Shown: positions 1 through 40,865 of the stretch, piece after piece
How the letters are laid out: every line of letters starts with the position of its first letter
How positions within the stretch are numbered: the stretch's first letter is position 1
The notes under the pieces: model-generated
Seen by the model: only the letters and a program-made list of their open reading frames with translations
The model's database searches: none
What the model was told of the DNA's origin: nothing
DNA from: Macrostomum lignano
Lineage: Eukaryota
Assembly (NCBI GenBank): GCA_002269645.1
Contig: NIVC01000118.1
Span: 62,001 to 126,000 of the forward strand
Reading direction: 5' to 3'
Length of the DNA: 64,000 bases
Program-made: the position numbers and the translations under genes

Positions 1-3000
1 CTGGTGGCCACAGGGTGTCCCGCAGCGCGCTCAAGTAGGACAGCGAAGCCTCCGGCCCCGTCCAGGCCGCCAGGAGGTCGCGGCACCAGCGCTCTGCGGT
101 GGTCTGGCCGCCGGCGTGCATGGCGAACAGGTGCAGCAGGCGGCGGGGCGCGCTGGACGAGCCAGCGAGGTCGAAGACGGCGTCGGCCAGATGAAAGACG
201 GCGTCGGCGAGCGGCTCCGGCGGCTGCTGCCTGGAGGATTGACGAATGATGAAGGATTAGTGATCTGAGGATTGGTGATCTGAGGATTAGTGATCTGAGG
301 ATTAGTGATCTGAGGATTAGTGATCTGAGGATTGGTGAACTGAGGATTGTTGAACTGAGGATTGGTGATCTAAGGATTAGTGATCTGAGGATTGGTGATC
401 TGAGGATTGGTGAACTGAGGATTGTTGAACTGAGGATTGGTGAACTGAGGATTAGTGATCTGAGGATTGGTGATCTGAGGATTGGTGATCTGAGGATTAG
501 TGATCTGAGGATTAGTGATCTGAGGATTGGTGATCTGAGGATTAGTGATCTGAGGATTGGTGATCTGAGGATTGGTGATCTGAGGATTAGTGATCTAAGG
601 ATTAGTGATCTGAGGATTGGTGATCTGAGGATTAGTGATCTGAGGATTGTTGATCTGAGGATTGGTGATCTGAGGATTGGTGATCTGAGGATTGGTGATC
701 TGAGGATTAGTGATCTGAGGATTGGTGATCTGAGGATTGGTGATCTAAGGATTAGTGATCTGAGGATTGGTGATCTGAGGATTGGTGATCTGAGGATTAG
801 TGAACTGAGGATTAGTGATCTGAGGATTAGTGATCTGAGGATTGGTGAACTGAGGATTGGTGAACTGAGGATTAGTGATCTGAGGATTGGTGAACTGAGG
901 ATTGGTGAACTGAGGATTGGTGAACTGAGGATTGGTGAACTGAGGATTGGTGAACTGGGGATTAATGAACTGAGGATTAATGAACTGAGGATTGGTGAAC
1001 TGAGGATTGGTGAACTGGGGATTAGTGAACTGGGGATTAGTGAACTGGGGATTAATGAACTGAGGATTGGTGAACTGAGGATTGGTGAACTGAGGATTGG
1101 TGAGCTGAGGATTAGTGAACTGGGGATTAATGAACTGAGGATTAGTGAACTGGGGATTAGTGAACTGGGGATTAATGAACTGAGGATTAGTGAATAGTGG
1201 ATTAGTGAACGGAGGATTGGTGAACGGATGGTTGGTGAACAGATGGTTGGTGAACGGATAATTGTGTTAAGATAGATGAGTTGCAGGAGGTGTAATTGCA
1301 AATATATTCTATTTTGATAGGTGAATCCGTATGCCTCTCCTGAATTTCCCTGGTGAACGCAGTTAGCACAACTCATAAAAAAGACGTCACTATAATGAGG
1401 CATAATATATCTAACAGGTGTTCTATAAGTACCAAGCATAAAAATAGCCTGTTTAATTTCCTAAAAACCGAGCCAACCATCTGTCTTAGCAAAGCTGATA
1501 ATCTTTTTATAAATCTATGAATTTAATAACGGAAATGACTTTCTGAGCCGTCAAACATCCAAATGAAAACTTTTTCGCACCTGGCTGCTGAAGATGAGGC
1601 CTGAGACTGTTTCTGCTGCAGCTGCTGGCTAGCAGAGATGGACTTCAGAGACGGGGAGATGCACAGCGGGCCAAGACCGTCGGCTGCCGCCGCTGTCGAA
1701 ACAGGCAAAGGCGGCAACGGCGGCGGCTTTGGCAGATCGTGCGATGATCGGGGATGAGCAGTATAGGCAGACTCGGTGAGCAGTCGATGCAGCGAGTCGC
1801 AAGCGCAGGCCACCGGATCGGAGAGCGCCGCGTTCAAGTAGGCCTCGGCCGATTCTGGCCCCGGGCGGGACAGAGCTCGAGAGATTCCGGCCGACGATCG
1901 TCTTGCCGATGCCGACGATAGCAGCTGGCTGAGCTCAACGCTGAGCCGGCGAACCGACTCCAGCGACACGCTGACCTGCCAGCCGATGCAGTCCCCAGCT
2001 GGCACTGACTCGGTACCGGAGGCTTGTGGCGGGCAGCAGACCTGTGCAAACGCGCGGCACAATTTAAAAGTTGATTTCAAACTTTACAATCGGCCATTTG
2101 TACCAACCTGAAACAGCACCGAACTTGCGCCGCTGCGAGCGTCGGTCAACAGCCGAACTCGCCATCGACCAAGACGCTCCATCCAGGCATCGGCGATTTC
2201 AGCATAGGCGATCAGCCGCCTCCGCTCCAGATGCAAGCCGGACAGCTCCGCGGCCAGACGATCGCTGAACGCGGCCGATGGAAACACGGCGGCATCAATG
2301 TCGTCGCCGCAGTCAACGTTGTGTCGTTGAAACGCGTCGAGCTGAACTTGTTTGCGGCGAATGCGCGCGTCCAGAGCAGCGAGGGCATCGCTGCACGGAT
2401 CGTCAGGCGGAAGTGTCGCAAGTTTTGACAATGCCGCAGATGACGCTGCTGGTAATGAGGATTTTGTCTCTGCGGGAGCTGATGCTAAAGACGCCATCCC
2501 TGATGATACGGATGTTGACATAAAGGATGCAGATGTCATCTCTGACGATGCGGATGCCATCCCTGAAGATGCGGATGTTGACTTAACGGATGCGGATGTT
2601 GTCCCTGAAGATGTGGATGTTGAATTAACAGATGCGGATGTTGACTTAACGGGTGCGGATGTCATCCCTGACGATGCGGATGTTGACTTAACGGATGCGG
2701 ATGTCATCCCTGACGATGCGGATGTTGACTTAACGGATGCGGATGTCATCCCTGACGATGCGGATGTTGACTTAACGGATGCGGATGTCATCCCTGACGA
2801 TGCGGATGTCGACTTTACGGATGCGGATATTGTACCTAATGATGCGGACGTCGACAGATAAGTAGATGCCAAAGAAGAAGAGTTATCTCCGTCAGCGAGA
2901 GCATTGTCAGGTGTCAAGCCTCGCCTACAGAAATTCTCAAACTGCGGACTAATAACGAAGGTGCAGTACCAGAACTGCTCGGCGCAGTTGGCCACATCTC

Positions 3001-4533
3001 GCGCAATCGCTTCAAAACCCTCGACGCTTAATGAACGGCCAAGCAGAAAATCCCGAGCTAAGTTAAAATTTACAGCGGCACTCTGGGTTGCGGGAGCGAT
3101 GTAGACTAACTGTGAAGTGCCTCGATGTAGGTAGCGCTTGTACAGCTGCCAGGCCTCATCGTATAATCTTCGCAGAGCCAGTTCTGAGCTGCAGTCAGCG
3201 GCAGCAGCGAGCTCCGATAGTCGTTTTGCAGCCGCCCAGTAGTCCAACAGGACGGCTTCGTCAGGTTGTCGCTGCGACACGAATCTGCGAAATTCAGCTC
3301 GGAAGGCTTCGTGCTCAAGGATTACCTGGCAGTTAAAGGTGTAGTGTTGTTAAGTGAGTGTTAATCGATTGAACAGAGTTCGGTTTCGCACCCTACCTGC
3401 AGTGAGTAAACTTGCAAAGACGCTCGCTCCGCTTCCACGTCTTCGAGATCGTCAAATTCTCTACTGTACGACTCGCCTGAGCCGTCGTCACAGCCGCCGC
3501 CTCCGCCACCATCGCCAATGCCGCCGACTCCGACGGACTTGTCTGACAGCAGGCCAGCCAGCCGCTGCTGGCAGAGCGCCTCGCACTGGCCCAGCTGGTT
3601 CAGGTAGCGTCGCAAATCGCGGTTCATCAGCTGGCCAGCTTTAGATGAATACTGTACAGCAGCCTGGGCGCCTTGCTGCTGTTGACGCTGCAGAGTTCGC
3701 AGCGCGCTAGCGTGCAAAATTTCGGCGCGCACACTGGCGCGCAATTGGCGCAGAGCTGGCGCCGATTCGCATTGTAAAATTTGCCGTACGAAATCTTCAA
3801 AACTGCCGGCCGCAATTCGTTCGTATCGAATCCGACGACTGCGCTCGGCCAAGTGGCCGGAGACGAGACGGGCGAGGACTTCCGGACAGGTGGCCGAGTC
3901 CATGGCCGGCTGGAGGACGTACCGGGCCAGCAAGTCAGTCAAAGCCACACGCACAGGCAGGCAGCGGCCGAGAGCGGCGGCCTCGGAGTCCAGACTGTCC
4001 AGCAGGCGGCCGGCGACGGCTTGCAGCAGTCGACGCTCGTCGGCGTCGTTGCGAAGGAACTCCGGCACGGGCAGCTTGGCGGCTGGCCGAGCCGGCCGTC
4101 CGAGTTGCTGTCGGCTCTGCTGGCATCGGCGAAGCTGGAGAGCGTGCGCCGCGGCCAGCGGCAGCAGTCGGCGATGGCACAGGCGGTGCCAGTCGACCCG
4201 AGCCAGCCGAACGGCCGCGGCCAACAGGAACCGCTGAATAAGGCGACGAAAACGTCTGGACAGGCTGGCCGGACACCACGCTTCACCGGCCAGCTGCCGA
4301 TGAAAGACCAGCTCGGCCAGTTCGGCCACAGCCGCTGCAACCTGCGGATCGAGCAGCTTGATTCCAGGATCTTCCGCTTCCTTCTGGTCTTCTTCTGGCC
4401 GTTGCTTCTGCTGCTGCTGCTGCTCTTCAACTGCGAAGCTGCAGACTCCCCGCCGATCGGCCAGGGAGGCGGCAGCGCGGATCAATAGGATGAGCGAGCA
4501 GCACAGCAGGAACAGGGCTATTGTGAGAAGCAT
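1..4533 (-). CDS. SNX25: Sorting nexin 25-like (TM-PXA-RGS-PX-Nexin_C), 3' end runs off the window
   Basis: Exons 4533-3397, 3325-2108, 2041-1581, 230-<1 join in frame via GT-AG introns of 71, 66 and 1350 bp. Motifs match SNX25 as I recall it: AAGSFEDFVRQI...LRQLRASVRAEI...RRYLNQL (PXA), VILEHEAFRAEF...LLDYW (RGS), DAWMERLGRW, PLADAVFHL...YLSALRDTLWP (Nexin_C). First ATG is 4533; the ORF track's 4542 start is TTG. Confidence 0.88.
250..1262. repeat. 15-bp minisatellite (GAGGATTAGTGATCT)n in SNX25 intron 3
   Basis: Direct reading; variants GAGGATTGGTGAACT dominate the right third. Confidence 0.97.
2510..2850 (-). repeat. Coding 42-bp tandem repeat (14 aa, SASVKSTSASSGMT) inside SNX25 exon 2
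   Basis: Unit GATGCGGATGTTGACTTAACGGATGCGGATGTCATCCCTGAC on + strand; reading frame stays open between the RGS domain and the coiled coil. Confidence 0.9.
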
Positions 4534-4639
4534 GTGACGCAATGTAGCTGTTTAGACAATTATATACTGCTCAGCCGGCTGCAATTCGCAATTTGTTACA
4601 GGCGTTGAAAATTGAGGCTTGAAAACTGTGAACCATGTA

Positions 4640-5830
4640 CCATGAAAAATCTCATCCCCTGCCATTCAAAATCTCATCCCCTGCCATTCAAAATGTCATC
4701 TCATACCATTCAAAATCTCATCCCATGCCATTCAAAATGTCATCTCATACCATTCAAAATGTCATCTCATACCATTCAAAATCTTATCCCATGCCATTCA
4801 AAATCTCATCCCCTGCCATTCAAAATCTCATCCCATGCCATTCAAAATCTCATCCCATGCCATTCAAAATCTTATCCCATGCCATTCAAAATCTCATCCC
4901 ATGCCATTCAAAATCTCATCCCATGCCATTCAAAATCTTATCCCATGCCATTCAAAATCTCATCCCATGCCATTCAAAATCTCATCCCATGCCATTCAAA
5001 ATCTTATCCCCTGCCATTCAAAATCTCATCCCCTGCCATTCAAAATCTCATCCCATACCATTCAAAATCTCATCCAATCCCATTCAAAATCTCATCCCCT
5101 GCCATTCAAAATCTCATCCCCTGCCATTCAAAATCTCATCCAATCCCATTCAAAATCTCATCCCCTGCCATTCAAAATCTCATCCAATCCCATTCAAAAT
5201 CTCATCCCCTGCCATTCAAAATCTCATCCCCTGCCATTCAAAATCTCATCCCCTGCCATTCAAAATCTCATCCCATGCCATTCAAAATCTCATCCCCTGC
5301 CATTCAAAATCTCATCCCCTGCCATTCAAAATCTCATCCCATACCATTCAAAATCTCATCCAATCCCATTCAAAATCTCATCCCCTGCCATTCAAAATCT
5401 CATCCCCTGCCATTCAAAATCTCATCCCCTGCCATTCAAAATCTCATCCAATCCCATTCAAAATCTCATCCCCTGCCATTCAAAATCTCATCCAATCCCA
5501 TTCAAAATCTCATCCCCTGCCATTCAAAATCTCATCCCCTGCCATTCAAAATCTCATCCCCTGCCATTCAAAATCTCATCCCATGCCATTCAAAATCTCA
5601 TCCCCTGCCATTCAAAATCTCATCCAATCCCGATCAAAATCTCATCCCATGCCATTCAAAATCTCATCCCCTGTCATTCAAAATCTCATCCCATGCCATT
5701 CAAAATCTCATCCCCTGTCATTCAAAATCTCATCCCATGCCATTCAAAATCTCATCCCCTGCCATTCAAAATCTCATCCCCTGCCATTAAAAATCTCATC
5801 CCATGCATTCAAAATCTCATGTCATGTCAT
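4640..5830. repeat. 22-bp minisatellite (CCATTCAAAATCTCATCCCCTG)n
   Basis: Direct reading; explains the three overlapping repetitive ORFs at 4612-5887. Confidence 0.97.
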
Positions 5831-6409
5831 TCAAAGTCTCACCCGACGCCATATTTCCTAAATGTATTTTTTCTAGATAAATACTAAACAAATTCGTCTA
5901 TGGGAAACCCCCATTGAACGCATTGCAAAATCACTTTAGAAATCGTGTACGGCGCCCCTCGCACGAAATTCTAATTTGAAATTGGGAAATCCCAATGAGG
6001 TGAGATGTTGGGAAATCTGTGCTACAAAATCTGACAACTTCCTATCTGCATCAGAAATGATAAATTTGACTATCAAATATTCCATAATGTTTCACAAAAA
6101 TTACATTTATTCTCAATTTATATTAAAAGATACACAGAAGAACGTTGGATGAAAAGCTTTGATTTCAATCCGAGTTGAATTAGTCTGCTCAAAGTGGTCA
6201 CGCAAGCATAATAATGGAGCCACACTGCGTAAGGTTAAGGATTTTTTAAACTGAAATCTAATTAAAACTGACCATCTGCGACTTTACTGTCAAACCGCTC
6301 ATGCGGATAAAAAATATGTTGACTTTTTTAAATCTGCTAAATTAACTCTCTGGAATCATGATATGCTGACAGAATTAACTAGACATTTTGGAAAAAATAT
6401 TTCTAAACC

Positions 6410-8910
6410 ATCAAATCTCATCCTAGATCTCACACCCCAGATGCAGCTTCCGAAATCTCATCCTAGACCTCATACCCCAGATGCAGCTTCAGAAATCTCA
6501 TCCTAGACCTCATACCCCAGATGCAGCTTCCGAACTCTCATCCTAGATCTGATACCCCAGATGCAGCTTCAGAAATCTCACCCTAGATCTCATACCCCAG
6601 ATGCAGCTTCAGAAATCAAATCTCACCCTAGATCTCATACCCCAGATGCAGCTTCAGAAATCTCACCCTAGATCTCATACCCCAGATGCAGCTTCAGAAA
6701 TCTCACCCTAGATCTCATACCCCAGATGCAGCTTCAGAAATCTCACCCTAGATCTCATACCCCAGATGCAGCTTCCGAAATCTCATCCTAGACCTCATAC
6801 CCCAGATGCAGCTTCAGAAATCTCATCCTAGACCTCATACCCCAGATGCAGCTTCCGAACTCTCATCCTAGATCTGATACCCCAGATGCAGCTTCAGAAA
6901 TCTCACCCTAGATCTCATACCCCAGATGCAGCTTCAGAAATCAAATCTCACCCTAGATCTCATACCCCAGATGCAGCTTCAGAAATCTCACCCTAGATCT
7001 CATACCCCAGATGCAGCTTCAGAAATCAAATCTCACCCTAGATCTGATACCCAGATGCAGCTTCAGAAATCTCACCCTAGATCTCATACCCCAGATGCAG
7101 CTTCAGAAATCTCACCCTAGATCTCATACCCCAGATGCAGCTTCAGAAATCTCACCCTAGATCTCATACCCCAGATGCAGCTTCCGAAATCTCATCCTAG
7201 ACCTCATACCCCAGATGCAGCTTCAGAAATCTCACCCTAGATCTCATACCCCAGATGCAGCTTCCGAAATCTCACCCTAGATCTGATACCCCAGATGCAG
7301 CTTCAGAAATCTCACCCTAGATCTCATACCCCAGATGCAGCTTCCGAAATCTCATCCTAGACCTCATACCCCAGATGCAGCTTCAGAAATCTCACTCTAG
7401 ATCTCATACCCAGATGCAGCTTCCGAAATCTCACCCTAGATCTCATACCCCAGATGCAGCTTCCGAAATCTCATCCTAGGCCTCATACCCCAGATGCAGC
7501 TTCAGAAATCTCACCCTAGATCTCATACCCCAGATGCAGCTTCCGAAATCTCATCCTAGACCTCATACCCCAGATGCAGCTTCAGAAATCTCATCCTAGA
7601 CCTCATACCCCAGATGCAGCTTCCGAACTCTCATCCTAGATCTGATACCCCAGATGCAGCTTCAGAAATCTCACCCTAGATCTCATACCCCAGATGCAGC
7701 TTCAGAAATCAAATCTCACCCTAGATCTCATACCCCAGATGCAGCTTCAGAAATCTCACCCTAGATCTCATACCCCAGATGCAGCTTCAGAAATCAAATC
7801 TCACCCTAGATCTCATACCCCAGATGCAGCTTCAGAAATCTCATCCTAGACCTCATACCCCAGATGCAGCTTCCGAAATCTCATCCTAGACCTCATACCC
7901 CAGATGCAGCTTCAGAAATCTCACCCTAGATCTCATACCCCAGATGCAGCTTCCGAAATCTCACCCTAGATCTCATACCCCAGATGCAGCTTCAGAAATC
8001 TCACCCTAGATCTCATACCCCAGATGCAGCTTCCGAAATCTCATCCTAGACCTCATACCCCAGATGCAGCTTCAGAAATCTCACTCTAGATCTCATACCC
8101 CAGATGCAGCTTCCGAAATCTCACCCTAGATCTCATACCCCAGATGCAGCTTCCGAAATCTCATCCTAGACCTCATACCCCAGATGCAGCTTCAGAAATC
8201 TCATCCTAGACCTCATACCCCAGATGCAGCTTCCGAACTCTCATCCTAGATCTGATACCCCAGATGCAGCTTCAGAAATCTCACCCTAGATCTCATACCC
8301 CAGATGCAGCTTCAGAAATCAAATCTCACCCTAGATCTCATACCCCAGATGCAGCTTCAGAAATCTCACCCTAGATCTCATACCCCAGATGCAGCTTCAG
8401 AAATCAAATCTCACCCTAGATCTGATACCCAGATGCAGCTTCAGAAATCTCACCCTAGATCTCATACCCCAGATGCAGCTTCAGAAATCTCACCCTAGAT
8501 CTCATACCCCAGATGCAGCTTCCGAAATCTCACCCTAGATCTCATACCCCAGATGCAGCTTCCGAAATCTCATCCTAGACCTCATACCCCAGATGCAGCT
8601 TCAGAAATCTCACCCTAGATCTCATACCCCAGATGCAGCTTCAGAAATCAAATCTCACCCTAGATCTGATACCCCAGATGCAGCTTCAGAAATCTCACCC
8701 TAGATCTCATACCCCAGATGCAGCTTCAGAAATCAAATCTCACCCTAGATCTGATACCCCAGATGCAGCTTCAGAAATCTTACTCTAGATCTCATACCCT
8801 TGATGCAGCTTTCAAAATCTAACCCTAGATCTCACACCCTTGATGGAGCCTCCGAAATCTCACTGTAGATCTCATACCCTTGATGCAGCTTCTAAAAATC
8901 TCACCCTATC
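6410..8910. repeat. 40-bp satellite (CAGATGCAGCTTCAGAAATCTCACCCTAGATCTCATACCC)n with 45-bp variants and higher-order duplication
   Basis: Direct reading; identical segments recur 1378 bp apart (ORF-track entries 6926 and 8304 are identical). Confidence 0.97.
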
Positions 8911-9519
8911 CTAAACCCTTTACGCAGCTTAAAAAAATTCCATACTTACATAAATAAAAGAAATAACAATTCACAAAACCAATAATTGATTAATCACATT
9001 AAATGACTAATTAAAACGAGTTCAAAATTTATAATCCATTCGACATATTTCAATGCACATATCAGGCTTAGAAGTATATATCGTAAAAATTATATTGAAA
9101 AATGAACAATCAATGAAGTTAACACTCACAATAAAGCATTGCCTAAGCATAAACTAAACTGTCAATAATTGAAAACAATTAATGCTGTTCAATCATATAT
9201 AACAACTAAACAGTGAATGCTGATTATTATGCGGTAGTACGGTAACCATAATAATTCTATAACGATAAGAGGTAAATAAGGAAGCAAGCAATTTCATTTC
9301 AAATAAATATTTGGGACAAGCTGCAGTTCTGAATAGCTTTGACTCAAAATCTGATCTTCTCAATCGTTTAAAAAATCTCAGACTTTTTATTCATAGCGTT
9401 GCCATAATAATACCATTTAAGCCATTCAAATATCCTTACCATTGTTTTAAATATCTATAAATAGCCTTATTTGTTGAAAGTGAAAAAATTACATACAAAA
9501 TTTCATCATTTAGCTGCAT

Positions 9520-10110
9520 TCAAATCCGTTTATTCAAAATCTCATCGTATGCCATTCAAAATCTCATCCCATGCATTCAAAGTCTCATCCCATGCCATAA
9601 AAAATATCATCCTGTCATTCAAAATCTCATCCCATGAATTCGAAATCTCATTCTATGCCATTCAAAGTCTCATCCCATGCCAATAAAAATATCATCCTAT
9701 GCATTCAAAATCTTATTCTATGCCATTCAAAATCTCACCCTAAGCCATTAAAATCTCATCCAATGCCATTAAAAATCTTATCCCATGCCATTCAAAATCT
9801 CACCCTATGCCATTCAAAATCTCACTTTATGCCATTCAAAATCTCACTTTATGCCATTCAAAATCTCATCTTATGCCATTCAAAATCTCACTTTATGCCA
9901 TTCGAAATCTCACCCTAAGCCATTAAAAATCTCATCCCATGCCATTAAAAATCTTATCCCATGCCATTCAAAATCTCATCCCATGCCATTAAAAATCTTA
10001 TCCCATGCCATTCAAAATCTCATCTTATGCCATTCAAAATCTCACTTTATGCCATTCAAAATCTCACCCTATGCCATTCAAAATTTCACCCTATGCCATT
10101 CAAAATCATA
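9520..10110. repeat. Degenerate 22-bp minisatellite related to the 4640-5830 array, in the probable TRAPPC8 3' UTR
   Basis: Units of ATGCCATTCAAAATCTCA(T/C)C; starts about 80 bp past the TRAPPC8 stop codon. Confidence 0.9.
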
Positions 10111-10190
10111 TCTAAAATGTTTAAAATAGCAGGTCAATTAAAAAGTCACTCAAAACGTCAATTTAAAAAATTTAAAAGACCTGTACTCGC

Positions 10191-37804
<27,614 letters not shown>

Positions 37805-37959
37805 AATTACTGATTCGCTGGAACAAAAAACTTAATTAAATGATTTCTTTGAATAGGAAGTGCCTAAATTTGCTATTAAAACTACTAATATAGTAATATG
37901 CTGTATCATATAAGATCCCAAAGTCACAGGTCACTACTCACTATAGTCAACAACTTTTG

Positions 37960-38470
37960 TGCGCTTTCAAGCAAATTTTTCGCTTCTAAGAAAACAAAAT
38001 ATTAATTTCTTTAATGTATTAAACAAGTTTTACTTTATTGCAGTCTTTACATGTTTGCTACAGGAATTTAAAAGTATGTTATTAATAAGATTTTTTAATA
38101 TTTTAATATTCTAAAAATATTTTACACACGACGACGATACTTTGCTGTTTGCTCCCCTCCCACTCCTACGAAACCATAATTGTAGTCTTTCTTGGAAAAC
38201 GATTTTTTCGTGGATCCTCAAGCAGCTGGCACTAGCAATACACTGTCTTGCTTATTCAAATATGTAGGCCTAATGTGTTAAGAATGATCCGAGTCATTTT
38301 GCAAATAGTCAAAAAATCATTTTTTAGCTTTAGCAAACGATTTAGTACATAGGAGTTTAGACCCTACTTGTACTTAATGAATGATTGAATCTGATCGATT
38401 CGTTTTTTGTTGCAAGGTTGCAGGTTCGGTACCACTCACCAGTCCATTAATAAGTGTTGATCCGTTAATA
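37960..38470. promoter_or_regulatory. CpG-retaining patch, candidate shared (bidirectional) promoter of TRAPPC8 and the HAUS5-like gene
   Basis: More than a dozen CpGs in about 500 bp inside an otherwise CpG-starved 8 kb domain, between two divergent genes. Function is inferred. Confidence 0.4.
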
Positions 38471-40023
38471 AGCTTCAATAAGCGTAAGTCTAAAGAGAAG
38501 TTACAACATTAGACCCTATGAATTTTTTTGAATTTATTTAAATGCCTAGGCCTAATTAATACCTTTGTTTATAACAATGATTCAATGATCATGCAAATAT
38601 AACAACTTCATACTAGTAAACTTTAGTGAATTGTAATTAATTTAAATAGGCCTAGTGAAGTTTACTGCTTGGTTGTGAACATTGATTGCTTTGATTAATT
38701 TCTTACCTAATCTTTTGTAACTTTCTGTTGCACTTGCTAATGCTATTAAAACTGCCATATTTGTATTTTAATATTAACTAATTAATTAGCTTCAAAATTA
38801 AAGTTTTGATTAAATAAGTAACTTATTTTAACAAAATAAGGTGACTAAGGTCTAAGGTGGAGGTGGAGAAAGTTTTATTGGAAATTGGTGGTTTGAAATT
38901 AGTTGTTGACACCAATGAGGTAAGGCAGACTTCACATTTGAATTGCCGCCTGCATTGTCTTGGCACTCATAAAGCTGGAAAATTTCACAAACATATGCAT
39001 TCAACTTCTCCTTGATACTCTGTCTGCTAGGTCCTCAATTCTGGGGGGAGGGTAGTCTTGATTTGCAGTCAAGCAGCCTTTAGTAGCATCGCATGGTCAT
39101 TCAAATGGTTCTTTAGACACCAAAAAATTTGTAGTTTGTCAATATGCTCAGTTTGTTATTGTCAATAATAAAGTAGCATTGCTACCACTATAATTTCGTA
39201 TTATAGAACATTAAGGGTCTCAGAGCCTTCTTGAGTTGAGACTAATTGATTGTTTTCACCCTGTAGGCAAATGACTCAATAGAGACTAGAGGCTTCAATT
39301 AGGAACAATTGAATAAATAATTGTTGTAATTCCTTATTAATATTAAGCATGGGATAATCAAACACTAATTAATGAAATTATTAAAACTTATTAGATGTAT
39401 TAAATGTTAAATACTAGCTTACTACGACTGAGTTGGTTCGACATTGCCAAGAGTAGATTAATAAGATAACTGAGTTAAGTACTAAACAAATAAGCAATTA
39501 ATGTGATACAATAAACACAAACTAGACAAGGGAGAATCTATTTTAGAAAAAAAATAAGCCTATAAGTTTCTGTATTTTTCATGTTAGCTTTTAATACCAT
39601 AGCATAGGCCTAGTCAGGAAGGTGGTGTATGCCATGGAAAATTCTGGTGCATAAAAAGGGTCCTTGATATACTTGTACACAAAAGCAGTACACACTGAGG
39701 TCCCCAGTAGATGCTATATTGCAGTAGAACTAGAAACTGCACTCATTGCACTAGAAAATTCCAATGTACAAACACTTTAGCTAGTGTACATCTGGCATGC
39801 AAATGCTTTAGCTAGGGCCTAGTGCACATATAGCGTACAAGGAGGAAATACAACTTTCTGGCACAATCATTTATAACTATACATGTTCAAGCTTGCATTG
39901 CAGCGAACAAAAGTGTTGAAGTATGCCATAATTACATAAATTACATTAAACAATCCTTTGCTATAGTAAAGTCTATTTCTAATTTATGATAATAAATTAA
40001 TTTCTTAAATAATATACTATAAG

Positions 40024-40865
40024 CAGTGTTGGGCACCACAGTCTGCTAATAAGCATGAATAAGCTTTAAGATTTTTCATTAACATTAATAGACTGTCATT
40101 AAGATTTTTTTGAACTAATAGATTAACAAATTTGTGTTAATAATTGTGTGAGTTAACAACAAATTTATTGTTACTGTTAATGGCAATGTCAATGACCAAA
40201 TAAAAATGCAAAGAAAGAACCAAAATATAAGTCTGACAGGAAGTTACAACATTATAAATGTATTCAAATTTACCTAAATGCGTAATTAATCTCTTTGTTT
40301 ATAACAATGATCATGAAAATGTAACAACTTCTTACTAATGAACTTTAATAATAAATTACAATTTGAACTTTATTGTTGCGTGTGAGCATCAATCGCTTTG
40401 ATTCACTTCTTTCCCAATCTTTCTTAACTTTCTGCTGTGCCTGTTAATGCTACTAAAACAACCTTTCTATTCATATTTCATGATTAACTAATTAGCTTTC
40501 AAGTTCCAAATAGCTGAGTTAATTATTTTACCATATGCTTACTTTTAGTAGTATTATACATACAAGTTTTTAAAAATATTATTTATTACTTTTTAGCTTG
40601 TAAATTGCTTGGATGACCTTTGTGTTTTGCTAAAAAGGTGGAAAATCAAAGACAGTGCATTATGAAGTCTGCTTTGGAAATTAGTGCAAGATTTCATATT
40701 TTCTGTGTTAAATTAATGGATTAATGCTTATTAATGATAATCAGTTAACTTTCAGTTAACTTAATGAAATTAAGAGTTAATAAGTTAAGATTTTTTGTTT
40801 TAATACTAACGCTAATTGCTATTAAGCTATAAGTTAATATTTTATATTGATGGTACCCAACACTG
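40024..40865. mobile_element. 842-bp hAT-type non-autonomous element
   Basis: 15-bp TIRs CAGTGTTGGGCACCA / TGGTACCCAACACTG (one C/T mismatch); exact 8-bp TSD ACTATAAG at 40016-40023 and 40866-40873; internal segment resembles 38480-38800. Confidence 0.85.

Noticed and set aside
4612-5887. Long ORFs made of repeated peptides (also at 9471-10218, 13928-14453, 20050-21209, 24067-25080, 47008-47890, 51749-52482, 55957-56931, 61101-62466)
   Set aside because: They are translations of tandem repeats that happen to lack stops, lie in introns or spacers, and are open in several frames at once.
38900-39150. Minus-strand peptide RQCRRQFKCEVCLTSLV, reminiscent of P-element/THAP9 C-terminal cysteines
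   Set aside because: Too short and broken across frames to support without a search.
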